Source of the DNA: Bdellovibrionales bacterium
GTDB taxonomy: Bacteria; Bdellovibrionota; Bdellovibrionia; Bdellovibrionales; JAGQZY01
Assembly (NCBI GenBank): GCA_031429075.1
Contig: JANOYW010000005.1
Coordinates: forward strand, 6,900-70,899
Length of the DNA: 64,000 nt
Reading direction: 5' to 3'
Shown piece after piece: positions 8,039 through 17,558 of this stretch. Under the pieces are notes generated by a model. The model was given only the letters and a program-made list of their open reading frames with translations. It was not told the origin of the DNA and made no database searches. Numbering within the stretch: position 1 is the stretch's first letter; each line of letters opens with the position of its first letter. Made by a program: the position numbers and the translations under genes.

Positions 8039-8245
8039 GTGGGGTCACCTCTTCTATAATTACTAAGTTAATTTCGCCGGACTTTTCTTCTGTGTAAATC
8101 GCTCGTCATGGTATCCTTTGACCTTTCGAGCCTCAGCCATGCCGAACTCTTCCACCGTGCGAATCCAGCGCTGTATACGCAGAATGATCTCATTGGGTAT
8201 TTTCTTAAGCTGTTTATGCACTTTAGAGAGATCAACTCTATTCAT
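8019..8245 (-). pseudogene. RelE/ParE-superfamily (HigB-type) toxin inactivated by an internal out-of-frame deletion
   Basis: The N-terminal 48 codons (... ARKVKGYHDE) are followed by 12 out-of-frame codons and a stop at 8063. A second frame then reads RAIYTEEKSGEINLVIIEEVTPHDYRKK* and ends at 8019, overlapping the antitoxin start. The central part (roughly 20 aa, normally PLKG..G.RS.RL) is missing. Confidence 0.7.
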
Positions 8246-8251
8246 GTCATG

Positions 8252-8276
8252 AATGTACCCTAATTATGGGTACATT
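8252..8276. promoter_or_regulatory. 9-bp inverted repeat upstream of the decayed higB-like gene (putative operator)
   Basis: AATGTACCC taattat GGGTACATT, 7 nt upstream of the 8245 start. Confidence 0.5.
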
Positions 8277-8470
8277 GTCAATGTTTATTTTATGGACTTC
8301 ACGGGGATTCCGGCTCAGTGACTTTCTCGTGCGTGGGGCGAGAGTTTTGTTTCCAAGGCCATGCTAAAGCCTAAAATTACATAATTTTGTAACTTTTAAT
8401 TGCGTTTAGCCATTAAGGGTATAATCTAGCCTCAAGAGCGAATACTACAGCGCCTTTCCGGGATGGTAAA

Positions 8471-8887
8471 ATGAAACAATCGAATGCTGAAACCCTTAAA
8501 AGAATCCAAAAAGCAAAAGCTGTTAAAAAATCACTCACGCACATCACGGATAAAACGAAATTGTCTTTAGAAGACAAGATGAAGATGAGTCTGTGTAAAC
8601 ACTTTGTGCAGTTTATAAATACCCGCAAGCTGAAACTTAAAGAAATGTCTGGGCTTATGGACGATATCGCCGTACCAAGACTGTCTGAAATCATTAACTA
8701 CAAAATAAATAAGTTTACTGTGGACCAGCTGATTAAAAACCTGTCGCTTCTCGCGCGGCATGATGCGCAGATCAGAGAGTACCTTGTGTTTTTGCAACAG
8801 GCCACGGAGCTTCCTGCCCTTGCTGTGGCCGACACCCGCCGGTTGACTAAAAACATTCGTGCCGCCGCTGACTTGCGGACCAACTGA
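8471..8887 (+). CDS. HTH (XRE/COG5606-like) DNA-binding protein; its 3' end is repeat R4
   Basis: MSGLMDDIAVPRLSEIINYKINKFTVDQLIKNLSLL resembles the small XRE-like antitoxin family (recall). The last ~35 codons coincide with repeat R4. Confidence 0.6.
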   Translation: MKQSNAETLKRIQKAKAVKKSLTHITDKTKLSLEDKMKMSLCKHFVQFINTRKLKLKEMSGLMDDIAVPRLSEIINYKINKFTVDQLIKNLSLLARHDAQIREYLVFLQQATELPALAVADTRRLTKNIRAAADLRTN

Positions 8888-8897
8888 TTTAAAACCC
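8781..8897. repeat. Repeat R4, copy a (intact 3' end of the 8471-8887 gene)
   Basis: Shares about 100-110 nt with 10334-10444 and 18984-19085, and its last 24 nt with 22879-22902. All copies are in direct orientation. Confidence 0.85.
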
Positions 8898-9020
8898 TAC
8901 GAGGGTTCTGACAATTGGGTCGAGACGCGAATTCAAGAAATCAAAAAGTGCCTGGCTGCCTATGAGCCTACCGGGCTTAAACCGACCCAGGTTCCGTGAT
9001 AAGATCCCTCAGCCAGCCAA
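8897..9020 (+). pseudogene. Displaced remnant of a nuclease-gene 3' end plus repeat R3 copy c
   Basis: 8897-8955 matches 6171-6229 at 54/59. All 5 differences are synonymous in the nuclease frame (YEGSDNWVETRIQEIKKCL is conserved). About 76 nt including the CEYC codons are then deleted. 8967-9004 is R3. Confidence 0.8.
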
Positions 9021-9026
9021 TAGGTT

Positions 9027-9066
9027 GTGAAATATCACATTTTTGTTGAAAAATGTGATATTTCAC
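9027..9066. promoter_or_regulatory. Perfect 18-bp inverted repeat upstream of the second abiEi (putative operator)
   Basis: GTGAAATATCACATTTTT gttg AAAAATGTGATATTTCAC, ending 14 nt upstream of the ATG at 9081. Confidence 0.65.
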
Positions 9067-9080
9067 CCGATCCTATTTCT

Positions 9081-9662
9081 ATGAAAAAAAGCCAAGACGC
9101 AAAACTTAAAAAACTCGGTATCTTTACTTTGGCCCAAGCCAACGAGGTGGGAATCAGTCAACAAAGTCTATCAAAGCTTATTAAACAGGAAAGAATCAAA
9201 AGAATAGAGCGAGGGGTGTTTCTACACCCTGAGGCTGATCTTGATCGTGAATATGACTTTCAAATTGCCTGTGCAAAGCTTGGTTCTGATGCGGTGATTG
9301 GTGGCCTCTCGGCTCTTTTTCATTACAACCTTATTGAACAAGCACCAAAGCAAACATGGGTTCTTGTTCCACCCCATAAAATCACCCGCCATAGTTCCTA
9401 CAGGCTTATTCGTACAAAAATCCCCCTCGATAAGGGAGTCATCAGTGGCAATGGTTATAAGGTCGTCACAATCGAAAGAGCCATCATGGAGGCCTTTAAA
9501 CTGGCCAGTAAGATCGGTGAAAGAACAGCCATCCATGCTTGCCGCGTCGCGATTCAAAAAAAACAAACAACACTTAAGAAGATTGGAACAATGGCTAAAG
9601 AGCTTGGTCTCGACTCCTATTTGACCAAATACTTTGAGGCCATTATCGGAGCCATACAATGA
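9081..9662 (+). CDS. abiEi: AbiEi-family antitoxin/regulator, second copy
   Basis: Collinear with the 4771-5343 product over its whole length (LKKLGIF ... FLHPEADLD ... FQIACAKLGSDAVIGGLSALFHYNL ... GYKVVTIERAI). Confidence 0.85.
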   Translation: MKKSQDAKLKKLGIFTLAQANEVGISQQSLSKLIKQERIKRIERGVFLHPEADLDREYDFQIACAKLGSDAVIGGLSALFHYNLIEQAPKQTWVLVPPHKITRHSSYRLIRTKIPLDKGVISGNGYKVVTIERAIMEAFKLASKIGERTAIHACRVAIQKKQTTLKKIGTMAKELGLDSYLTKYFEAIIGAIQ

Positions 9663-10308
9663 CCACCAAAGCAAAAGGAACGCTTTGCTTGTAAAATCGA
9701 ATATCGAAGAAACTCTAGTGATGGTTGAAGAGCAGGCACAACTTGATTTGAATGATGGAGTTTGGTTTCGCTTTGATGGACAGACAGATTTGGCAACTCA
9801 GGGGGAATATGGCGGCATTCGCCATACCTATCGAGCAGGAATTGGTGAGGTCCTTAAAAATATTAAGAAGGCCCAGATCATCAACTTTGACCTTGGGATT
9901 GGTGATCCCATCACCCCAGGGCCGCAGCTTAAAAAAACCCCGTCACTTTTTTTGGGAAATAAAGACATCAGTTGGTCAGTCTATCCAATTGAAACCATTT
10001 GTGCCGAGAAACTTCATGCACTCATTTCCCATGGCGATGAAAACTCTCGCTCAAAAGATGTCCACGACCTTGCGCTATTCTTACCGAAAACTGATCCCAA
10101 AACTTTGAAAAAGGCGATCAGGAATTGTTTTGAATTTAGAGACACAGAAATGCCACAGATTTTTTTTGATGAAGTAAAAAAGCTGAATACATCGAGACTC
10201 GAAAAAGGCTGGGACAGTGCTGTGTCTTCAATTCCAAATGTTGGCAGCTTTAATGAAGCCTTCAAAGCATTATGCGATCATTTGGCAAAATCAGAAAAAG
10301 ATTGGTGA
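9659..10308 (+). pseudogene. AbiEii toxin with the NTase catalytic core deleted and a frameshift
   Basis: ATG at 9659 encodes MTTKAKG, as in copy 1, then stops after 11 codons. A second frame resumes at ALLVKSNIEE, which aligns to residue ~74 of copy 1. The missing segment contains GGF ... TVDLD. Confidence 0.8.
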
Positions 10309-10333
10309 GCGATGAAACCGCAAGTGAAACCAA

Positions 10334-10444
10334 GTGTTCTTGGAACAGGCGACGGAACTTCCTGCGCTTGCTGTGGCCGACACTCGCCGACTGACTAAAA
10401 ACATTCGCGCCGCCGCTGAGTTGCGGACCAACTGATTAAAAACC
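10334..10444. repeat. Repeat R4, copy b (orphan 3' end)
   Basis: Encodes VFLEQATELPALAVADTRRLTKNIRAAAELRTN* in the R4a frame. 8 of about 10 differences from R4a are synonymous. No upstream gene body. Confidence 0.8.
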
Positions 10445-10583
10445 TATGTTAACTGTCTCATCTCGCGAAAAAATCTAAATGATTTACAACATGAACCGCA
10501 TTTTGTCTCAATTTGAGTTACGAAAGACTTTAGTCTAGCCGCAAGACTCCCGATGAGAGCTTACCAATTATTGGGGGGGCCTT

Positions 10584-11096
10584 ATGATGAAGTTTATTAT
10601 TTTTGCCATGCTGACTGGTATGGTTGTGTGTTTTCAAAACTGCTCTGACAAACAATTCTCAGCGAGAACTGATTTAAATAAATCCGTGTCAATCGACGGG
10701 ACCGAACAGCTTATTGCTGACGATACGGAAATTGACATGGTGAACGACGATGAAAATCTTGAATTTGAAGATGAAGATACTATCGCAACAGAGGTAGATG
10801 AGGACAAAAAGATTTGCATGCGCCATGGTGTGAAGTTAAATACGACTGATATTGGAGTCTGTATTCTCGAGGGCAGCGGTAAATCACAGCGCGTGGCTTT
10901 AATTAATGACCAAATCGTGTCGAACAATTCCACTCCCAAGACGATATGCATGTCTGCACTCGCATGCCGACGAATCGTGGACAGCAAGTTTAAAGTTGTA
11001 AGCCTAGAAAAACGTGGCTTCTGTAAAAACGGATCGGCAGATTCTGTGTCGCTTACGGATGAACAAGTGCGAGCCCTGATCGAAAAAATTCAATAA
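10584..11096 (+). CDS. Hypothetical secreted protein/lipoprotein, acidic N-terminal region
   Basis: Signal-like N-terminus with Cys (VVCFQNC), an Asp/Glu-rich stretch and several Cys. No family recognised. Confidence 0.5.
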   Translation: MMKFIIFAMLTGMVVCFQNCSDKQFSARTDLNKSVSIDGTEQLIADDTEIDMVNDDENLEFEDEDTIATEVDEDKKICMRHGVKLNTTDIGVCILEGSGKSQRVALINDQIVSNNSTPKTICMSALACRRIVDSKFKVVSLEKRGFCKNGSADSVSLTDEQVRALIEKIQ

Positions 11097-11132
11097 ACAA
11101 AAAATAGAGCCCCGCGGCTGATCATTCAATTT

Positions 11133-13490
11133 CTAGGTGGTCAGCCGAACGATGGTGCGTATAAGCTCACTGCGATTTATAGGTTTAGTTAAATGATCCG
11201 TGTATCCCACATTCAAACATTTTATACGAACCTCATTCATTGCATGGGCCGTCAGCGCAACAATTGGAGTTTTATATCCCATTGATCGCAATTTTTCGGT
11301 GGCGGAGTAGCCATCCATGACAGGCATTTGTAAATCCATAAGCACTAAGTTGAAATTTCCAGCAAGCGCCGCCTTGTATCCAGTCAATCCATTATCTGCA
11401 GATTCAACAATCGCTCCTTCCTTATTCAGGTAATTCCAAAGCAACTGTTGATTATCTGGGGAATCATCGACCACTAAGATCTTCAATCCTGAGAGGGCAA
11501 GATTTTTTATTTCGACATTATCAGGAAGTACAGGCAGCGCAGATTTTTCGCCCGCAAATTTATGCGGTTGATCTGGAATTGAGACTAAGAATGTCGTGCC
11601 AAATCCTTCGCTTGTGTCGCTGATGATAATTTCTCCGGATAGCGCGCGTGCTAAATGTCGTGACAATGCCAGACCAATCCCCGTTCCACCAAAGCGTCGA
11701 GTCGTGGTGTCGTCCGCCTGCACGAACATTTGGAAGATCTTTTCTTTTAAAGAGGGACAGATACCAATTCCGGTGTCCTTGACTTCGATGCACAAGTTTT
11801 TAATTCCAAAAGATGTGCTTTCTCCGAACATGCGAACCTTCACATAACCAAACTGAGTGAATTTGATGGCATTGCCAATTAAATTAAGAAGAATTTGTCG
11901 AAGACGTGTTGGATCGGTCCATAACGTTTTAGGTGCTGATTCCTCAAAGGTAAATTCGAGCGCCAAATTTTTCTCTTTCGCTTTCACCTGTAAGAGTGAA
12001 ATGACATCTACGCCAATGGTGTCGGGCTCCACCTTGACATGTTCTAAGATTAAATGCCCCGCTTCGACTTTTGAGAGATCAAGGATGTCATTGATGATAA
12101 TCGAAAGCTGCTCGCCGTTTCGGATGAGGATATCAACGTAGTTGCTGCGCTCTGTATTGCTTATACCAGGATCACGAAGGAGGTCGGCAAACCCGATCAT
12201 GGCGCCAAGCGGAGTTCGAATTTCATGCGACATATTTGCTAAAAAAGCGGATTTGAGTTTGTTGGCACGGTCGGCGTCTACTTTAGCGTGTTCGGCGTCT
12301 ACAATGGCTTTTTTAAGTTCAATTTCCGATTTTTTTCGCTGTGTAATGTCTGTAATAAATGACGCAATTCCACCCTCGATTTTTGGAAATACGCGAACTG
12401 CAACCCAGTTATCTAGGGGCTCATAATAATCTTCGAACTCCGTGTACACCCGTTCGTTCATTGTCTTCGTGTAATGTTTGTACGAAACCGAATCTTTATA
12501 AGAGCCATTTGGATAGTAAAGCTCCCAGATATTTTTACCCACTTGATTTTCGCGCTTTACCTGCGACATGGATTCAGTTTTTGAATTCACCATCGTAATA
12601 CACCAGTTTTGATCGAGAGCGACAAAACCGTCGTGCATGCTTTCGATTGTATCCATTAATTCACGCTGTAATTTTGTTGTCTCCTCGATGTCCGTATTGG
12701 TTCCAAACCAACTCGTGATTTGCCCATGAGAATTCCGGAGAGGCTGTGCCCGAGACAAAAACCACCGGTATTCACCAAGTTTGCTTTTAATCTGAAATTC
12801 ATCCTGCCAGGCAGTTCCCGCAGCTAAAGCTTCCTTCCACTTTTTCAAAACATTCGGCAACATTTCCGGCTTGTGAACTTTCTCCCAACCCCAACCTTGC
12901 ATCTCCTCTAGAGTCGAACCCGTGTAATCATACCAACGTTGATTGTACCAGTAAATGTGACCATCAGGCGTTGCCATCCAAGCCAGCTGTGGGATTGTAT
13001 TTGCTAACAGCTGAAACTGCTTTGATTTTTCTTCGTCTGCTAACAACTGTTGTTTTTCTAATTCGAGCTTGAGTCGCAGCTCCTCTGACTCTCTTATCTG
13101 AGTTTGATCGCGCATGATGACGACGGCACCCAAGAGGTTGCCGGTTTTATCTTTGAAAGCCTGACCGCTTGCCACAATAGATCTTGCACTTGCATCTTTC
13201 GGCTTGATGCTCATTTCAGCGTTTTCAACTTTGCCCTCAACGAGAGCGCGAAAAAGGGGTATTCGTTCTTTTTTTAAAGGAGTAATACCATCCGCTTCGA
13301 ACAAATTGTAATAGTCGGCCCACTGTTCTGGTGGGATCGATTTTTCGGGTAAACCATGAAATTCGCGCGTCGCCCGGTTAAAAACAGTCAAATTACCTTC
13401 GGCATCGCACGCAACAACACCGTCAGCCAGATTGTCTAGAACGGCATGTAAAAAGGTATTTTTATTTTCAGAGTCTTGACCAATTTTCAT
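11133..13490 (-). CDS. Hybrid sensor histidine kinase with multiple PAS domains and a C-terminal receiver
   Basis: H-box SHEIRTPL. ATPase boxes NLIGNAIKFT, DTGIGI and GGTGIGLAL. Receiver ILVVDD ... DLQMPVMDG ... TKP. N-terminal PAS-like repeats. No obvious TM segment. Confidence 0.9.
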   Translation of the reverse strand: MKIGQDSENKNTFLHAVLDNLADGVVACDAEGNLTVFNRATREFHGLPEKSIPPEQWADYYNLFEADGITPLKKERIPLFRALVEGKVENAEMSIKPKDASARSIVASGQAFKDKTGNLLGAVVIMRDQTQIRESEELRLKLELEKQQLLADEEKSKQFQLLANTIPQLAWMATPDGHIYWYNQRWYDYTGSTLEEMQGWGWEKVHKPEMLPNVLKKWKEALAAGTAWQDEFQIKSKLGEYRWFLSRAQPLRNSHGQITSWFGTNTDIEETTKLQRELMDTIESMHDGFVALDQNWCITMVNSKTESMSQVKRENQVGKNIWELYYPNGSYKDSVSYKHYTKTMNERVYTEFEDYYEPLDNWVAVRVFPKIEGGIASFITDITQRKKSEIELKKAIVDAEHAKVDADRANKLKSAFLANMSHEIRTPLGAMIGFADLLRDPGISNTERSNYVDILIRNGEQLSIIINDILDLSKVEAGHLILEHVKVEPDTIGVDVISLLQVKAKEKNLALEFTFEESAPKTLWTDPTRLRQILLNLIGNAIKFTQFGYVKVRMFGESTSFGIKNLCIEVKDTGIGICPSLKEKIFQMFVQADDTTTRRFGGTGIGLALSRHLARALSGEIIISDTSEGFGTTFLVSIPDQPHKFAGEKSALPVLPDNVEIKNLALSGLKILVVDDSPDNQQLLWNYLNKEGAIVESADNGLTGYKAALAGNFNLVLMDLQMPVMDGYSATEKLRSMGYKTPIVALTAHAMNEVRIKCLNVGYTDHLTKPINRSELIRTIVRLTT

Positions 13491-13706
13491 GGGAAAAAAC
13501 CTAGCACGCTTAAAAACTCTTGACTATATTTTTTCTGAACCAAGAATACTTTTCTTAAAATGGGACTTAAGTATACAAAAATGCTGCGAGCGAAAATAGC
13601 TCGTTCCAGCCATCGAGGGCAGAGCCCACCTAGAGAGTTTTATTATCTGTCCACCACTGAGAATAAAACAGTTATTAATCTTGATATTTCAAATGTTATA
13701 AAACGA

Positions 13707-13756
13707 CAGAACATTGGTAACTTTATTCTCTCCGTTGAATCGTTGAATTGCATTGG
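13707..13756. repeat. Direct repeat R5, left copy
   Basis: CAGAACATTGGTAACTTTATTCTCTCCGTTGAATCGTTGAATTGCATTGG, 47/50 identical to 18931-18980. Confidence 0.85.
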
Positions 13757-14102
13757 CTACAACGACCACGCCTCTGGTGTGATCATCGGATGCAAAGTCA
13801 TCGATTTCGAACTTTAACGGGTTTTAAAGCTGCAAACATAGCCTTTTTGATGTAGCCGCGCCCACGTAGATCAAGTTTGGAAAAATCGTGAACAGTATGA
13901 AAAATCTGGCGGAAAGATCATTTTCGTGGGCAATGGATCGGCGTCATTCATTGATCAATTTAAAAATACATGAACATAGCTAATGCGCTTGTGGTCACCG
14001 CCCCCTTTATCATTACATCAGCGAATTTTTCGGTGATTTTCCCTAAGAAAGTCATTTGGATGAGATCCACCAGGATGAGTCTATGAAGGTCGTCGAAAAG
14101 CA

Positions 14103-17100
14103 CTAAAAGGTTTCGTAAACTCCGACAGAATTTTGTTTAATCGTCACTGACGTAGCATTGACTTCTGAGCCGTAGGTTAATTGTACGTTACCAGAAGTGG
14201 TGCAGATAAATATCCCTCTGACTTCAACTAAATAGGAGGTGTTAATTACAGGAACCGCAGTGCTAATTATAGAGTCACCGTTTGAGGTAAAAGCTCCATC
14301 AAATAGCGAGCCCGCGCCATCTGCTGCGATTCGAAACGAGGCATTGGCTGAAACAGTTCCTGCTGGAACTGAAATCCCTAACTTCAAGCCCGTAGTGGCC
14401 ACCGCCGACTGGTAAAGGACATAAAAGGTAAACATATATTTGCTTCCTGCAATCGCAGGAAAAACCATGTCGGTGACGTTGGCAACAATTGTGGATGTGG
14501 AACTTTCATCTGCCGCTTTCGTAACAGTCAAACGGCGCGGGCCAGGCTCCCACTGCGAAGTCGATGCCTTCCATACAAGAACTTGTCCATCCGTTGGCGC
14601 TGTAGCAGCTACCGTGCGCCCTTGAATTTTTCCCACCGTGGTTGCTGTGTGGGCGCCCGTCACATCACCACTGAGACTGGGTGTGATCCAGCTCATCGTG
14701 CCCGTGCCATTGGTCGACAACATTTGTCCAGAGGTTCCGTCTGCACTTGGAAGTGTCCATATAACATCCGCAGCCACCGTCGCTGGAGATCTAAAGGCTA
14801 CATAGTTTGAAGAGTCGCTATCCGCCAGGCGCAGTTGGTTTTGCGCATTCATCACTAAATTTCCCGTCATTGTGTCGCCCGCTTTGGCAACTTTTTCTGT
14901 ATCAAGTTCGTTGACCGCATCTTGGGCGGTCGTTGCCGCAAGAGTACCCGCCGCAGTCGTTGCCACTTGCGTTCCTGGCAAAGAACCTGTGACTTCACTC
15001 GTAAGGTCTACACTTGTTCCTAAGGTACTGGCTAAGGTGATAGAACCCGTACCATTCGTTATGCTTACACCACTGCCCGCTGTGAGAGTTGCTTTGGTTA
15101 ATGTGTTGCCTGTTGTGTTACCGATCAGGAGTTGCCCGTCGGTGTAGGTGGACTGTCCCGTACCTCCATTTGCAACTCCGACAGTTCCAGACAAATTTGC
15201 AGCTGTTAAACTTGTTAGATTTGAACCGTCAATGGCTGGAAGTTTATTGCTTGCTGCGACCTGAATTATTTTGCCCGTTGTGACTCCCACATCCACCGCG
15301 ACATCGTTCGCATTGACTACAATCCCGGTTCCGGCACCAATGTCTAATGTTGCACTACCGCTGGTAGCGCCTCCCGTAAGTCCCGATCCTGCGACCACAT
15401 CCGTGATGTCACCAACGTTGCCAGTGATCCAACTGAGATTTCCGCTGCCATCGGTTGATAAAAGTTGGCCACTCGTTCCCGCATCCACGGGCAGAGTTAA
15501 AATATAATTTGTCGCAATGGTGGCTGGAGATCGAATGGCTGCATAATTGGAAGAGTCACTGTCGGCATACCGTGTTTGATTCTGCGCATTTACCTGCAGG
15601 GTGCCTGTTAAAGTCCCACCTGATTTGTCTAATTTTTCACTGTCGAGTTCATTAATCGCGGACTGTGCCGTCGTGGCTGCAATGTTCCCTGCGGCGGTGT
15701 TGGTAATTTGCGTAGCCGTGTAATCGCCGGCTGTCGCACTGACGATACCAGTTCTGCCAAAAACACTTGTGATAAGATTCGTATCAATATCCGTACCACA
15801 TTCCCAGCGGTCACTGACTGCGTTCCATTTTAAAACTTCGTTGTTGGCGCATTCCGCAGCTGCAGGCATATAGGAGAAGTAGTTTCCTGGGCCGTTAGCC
15901 AATTTACTAATGTTGAGCGCAGATATTTTAGTATCAGTAATTCCTGCATCTTTCACGCGGAGCTGATTGGACCCGTTCACTTCCAAAGTGGAGTTGTCGG
16001 TGACAACACTGAGAGTGGCCGCACCACTTGTAACACCGCCGGAAAGAGCGGACCCAGAGCTTGTCGTAATGTCCGTAATATCACCGTTATTGGGAGTGGA
16101 CCAAGCGAGGGTGCCGGTGCCATTTGTGGTTAACATTTGTCCCAACGTCCCATCAAGGCCTGGCAAAATCCATGTCACGTTGCTGCTAACCGTTGTTGGA
16201 GCTCTAAACGCCACATAATTGGAAGAGTCGCTGTCTGCGAAGCGCAGTTGATTTTGCGCATTCATTTGCAGATTACCTGTTAACAATCCACCCGATTTGT
16301 CCAATTTATCCGAGTCGAGCTCGTTGATCGCCAACTGTGTCGTCGTGGAGGAAACATTGCCAGCGGGAGTATTGGTAATTTGAGCGGCAGTGTAATCACC
16401 CGCCGTCGCGGTTACGGCACCAGTGCGACTAAACACAGAAGCCACGGAACTTGCCGTTTCGCTGACTTGCAATGCTTGAGTGCCATTCCAATACATCAAT
16501 CTATTGGTCGTGGTATTAAACCATGTCGCACCTTTATTGGCTGTCGTTAAAGACGCGGTTAATATTGTTTCTTGTACAGTTGTGTAGCGACCAATCGTGA
16601 TCGTCGATTGAGTGTTCATGGTCACGTGGCCCGTGGAGAGAATTTGATTTCCACCCATAGTAATAGTCCCGGCCATGGTGCCACCCGCGAGGGGTAGTTT
16701 GGTCGCGTCCGTTGCCGAAGCCACTTGTGCGGTCCATTGAGTTCCGTTCCAGGTGAGAGTTTTGCCGCTGTCGCCAGCAGCGAGAGAAGAAAGAGCCGCC
16801 GCTGCCGCTTTTCCGCCAATATTACTGTCTGTATAGCTTTTGTTGGCAACTTGGGTGGAAGACGTGGGCGTGGCTACGTTGGTTATTTGTTGATTGTTAA
16901 AGTCGACCGGCCCTGTGGGAGAAAAATTACTGCCGCTCGTCGTGGTATATTGAGTGCTTGTTCCGCCGATCAGTGACACAAGCTGTGCATAGTTTGCGCC
17001 AGTAAAAATGCTTTCGACATTGGCTTGACTGACGTTGGCTGCAGCATTCACTTGCACAAAATTACTTGGCGTTTTTCCCTGAATGGATTCGGCAATCAGA

Positions 17101-17558
17101 GCATACGGTGCTCCTTGGATTTTTAAATCGGGCGACATTGTAATAGCACCGGTACCAGGATTGAAGAGGATTCGCAAATAGCGTGCATCACCTGAAGCCA
17201 TTGTGACTCCGCTAGGGCAACTACCGCTTGCCGAAACATTGATGTCATTACGGAAAACTTTAGAATTGAGAGTCGTGGCGTTGGCGGTATCCACGTTGTT
17301 AGTGCGTGATGTTCCACTCCCTAAATTTAAAGAATAGACGCCTGAGCTTGTTGTGAGATTAATGCTATTAAAATTTTCTTGATACAGAATACAGGTTTTA
17401 TTTTTATCCATCACTTGGAATTGAAAATCAGCGATACCCGTGACCGGCGTTCCTACGGTGTCTGTCACAACTCCTTGAACATTAAATCCAGCGGGTCCGC
17501 TGTTGGCATTAGACAATTGAAAATTCAATAGAATGAGGAAGAAAAAAAACATTTTCAT
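14103..17558 (-). CDS. Large secreted tail-fibre-like surface fibre/adhesin (modular, trimeric-fibre type)
   Basis: Signal peptide. Three tandem modules, each with AINELD[ST][DE]K, GG(T/L)(L/M)TG.L and ADSDSSNY(V/A)A(F/I)R motifs typical of phage tail-fibre repeats. A distinct ~150-aa C-terminal beta-rich tip. Confidence 0.75.
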   Translation of the reverse strand: MKMFFFFLILLNFQLSNANSGPAGFNVQGVVTDTVGTPVTGIADFQFQVMDKNKTCILYQENFNSINLTTSSGVYSLNLGSGTSRTNNVDTANATTLNSKVFRNDINVSASGSCPSGVTMASGDARYLRILFNPGTGAITMSPDLKIQGAPYALIAESIQGKTPSNFVQVNAAANVSQANVESIFTGANYAQLVSLIGGTSTQYTTTSGSNFSPTGPVDFNNQQITNVATPTSSTQVANKSYTDSNIGGKAAAAALSSLAAGDSGKTLTWNGTQWTAQVASATDATKLPLAGGTMAGTITMGGNQILSTGHVTMNTQSTITIGRYTTVQETILTASLTTANKGATWFNTTTNRLMYWNGTQALQVSETASSVASVFSRTGAVTATAGDYTAAQITNTPAGNVSSTTTQLAINELDSDKLDKSGGLLTGNLQMNAQNQLRFADSDSSNYVAFRAPTTVSSNVTWILPGLDGTLGQMLTTNGTGTLAWSTPNNGDITDITTSSGSALSGGVTSGAATLSVVTDNSTLEVNGSNQLRVKDAGITDTKISALNISKLANGPGNYFSYMPAAAECANNEVLKWNAVSDRWECGTDIDTNLITSVFGRTGIVSATAGDYTATQITNTAAGNIAATTAQSAINELDSEKLDKSGGTLTGTLQVNAQNQTRYADSDSSNYAAIRSPATIATNYILTLPVDAGTSGQLLSTDGSGNLSWITGNVGDITDVVAGSGLTGGATSGSATLDIGAGTGIVVNANDVAVDVGVTTGKIIQVAASNKLPAIDGSNLTSLTAANLSGTVGVANGGTGQSTYTDGQLLIGNTTGNTLTKATLTAGSGVSITNGTGSITLASTLGTSVDLTSEVTGSLPGTQVATTAAGTLAATTAQDAVNELDTEKVAKAGDTMTGNLVMNAQNQLRLADSDSSNYVAFRSPATVAADVIWTLPSADGTSGQMLSTNGTGTMSWITPSLSGDVTGAHTATTVGKIQGRTVAATAPTDGQVLVWKASTSQWEPGPRRLTVTKAADESSTSTIVANVTDMVFPAIAGSKYMFTFYVLYQSAVATTGLKLGISVPAGTVSANASFRIAADGAGSLFDGAFTSNGDSIISTAVPVINTSYLVEVRGIFICTTSGNVQLTYGSEVNATSVTIKQNSVGVYETF

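Noticed and set aside
8413-8694. 93-aa minus-strand ORF overlapping the start of the HTH gene
   Set aside because: Antisense to a gene with a recognisable HTH domain. No RBS. Cys/Phe/Ser-rich composition.
13560-13817. 85-aa ORF on the + strand (also 18862-19149 minus and 18868-19053 plus)
   Set aside because: These ORFs read through non-coding repeats R5/R4 in the wrong frame or strand. They have no RBS and odd composition. They are best explained as chance ORFs over repeat or decayed DNA.
14103-17558. Diversity-generating retroelement or prophage/tailocin origin for the fibre gene
   Set aside because: No reverse transcriptase is present, and there is no template repeat outside the gene with A-specific mismatches. 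No capsid, baseplate, sheath or terminase genes occur anywhere in the window. The internal repeats are in-frame protein modules.
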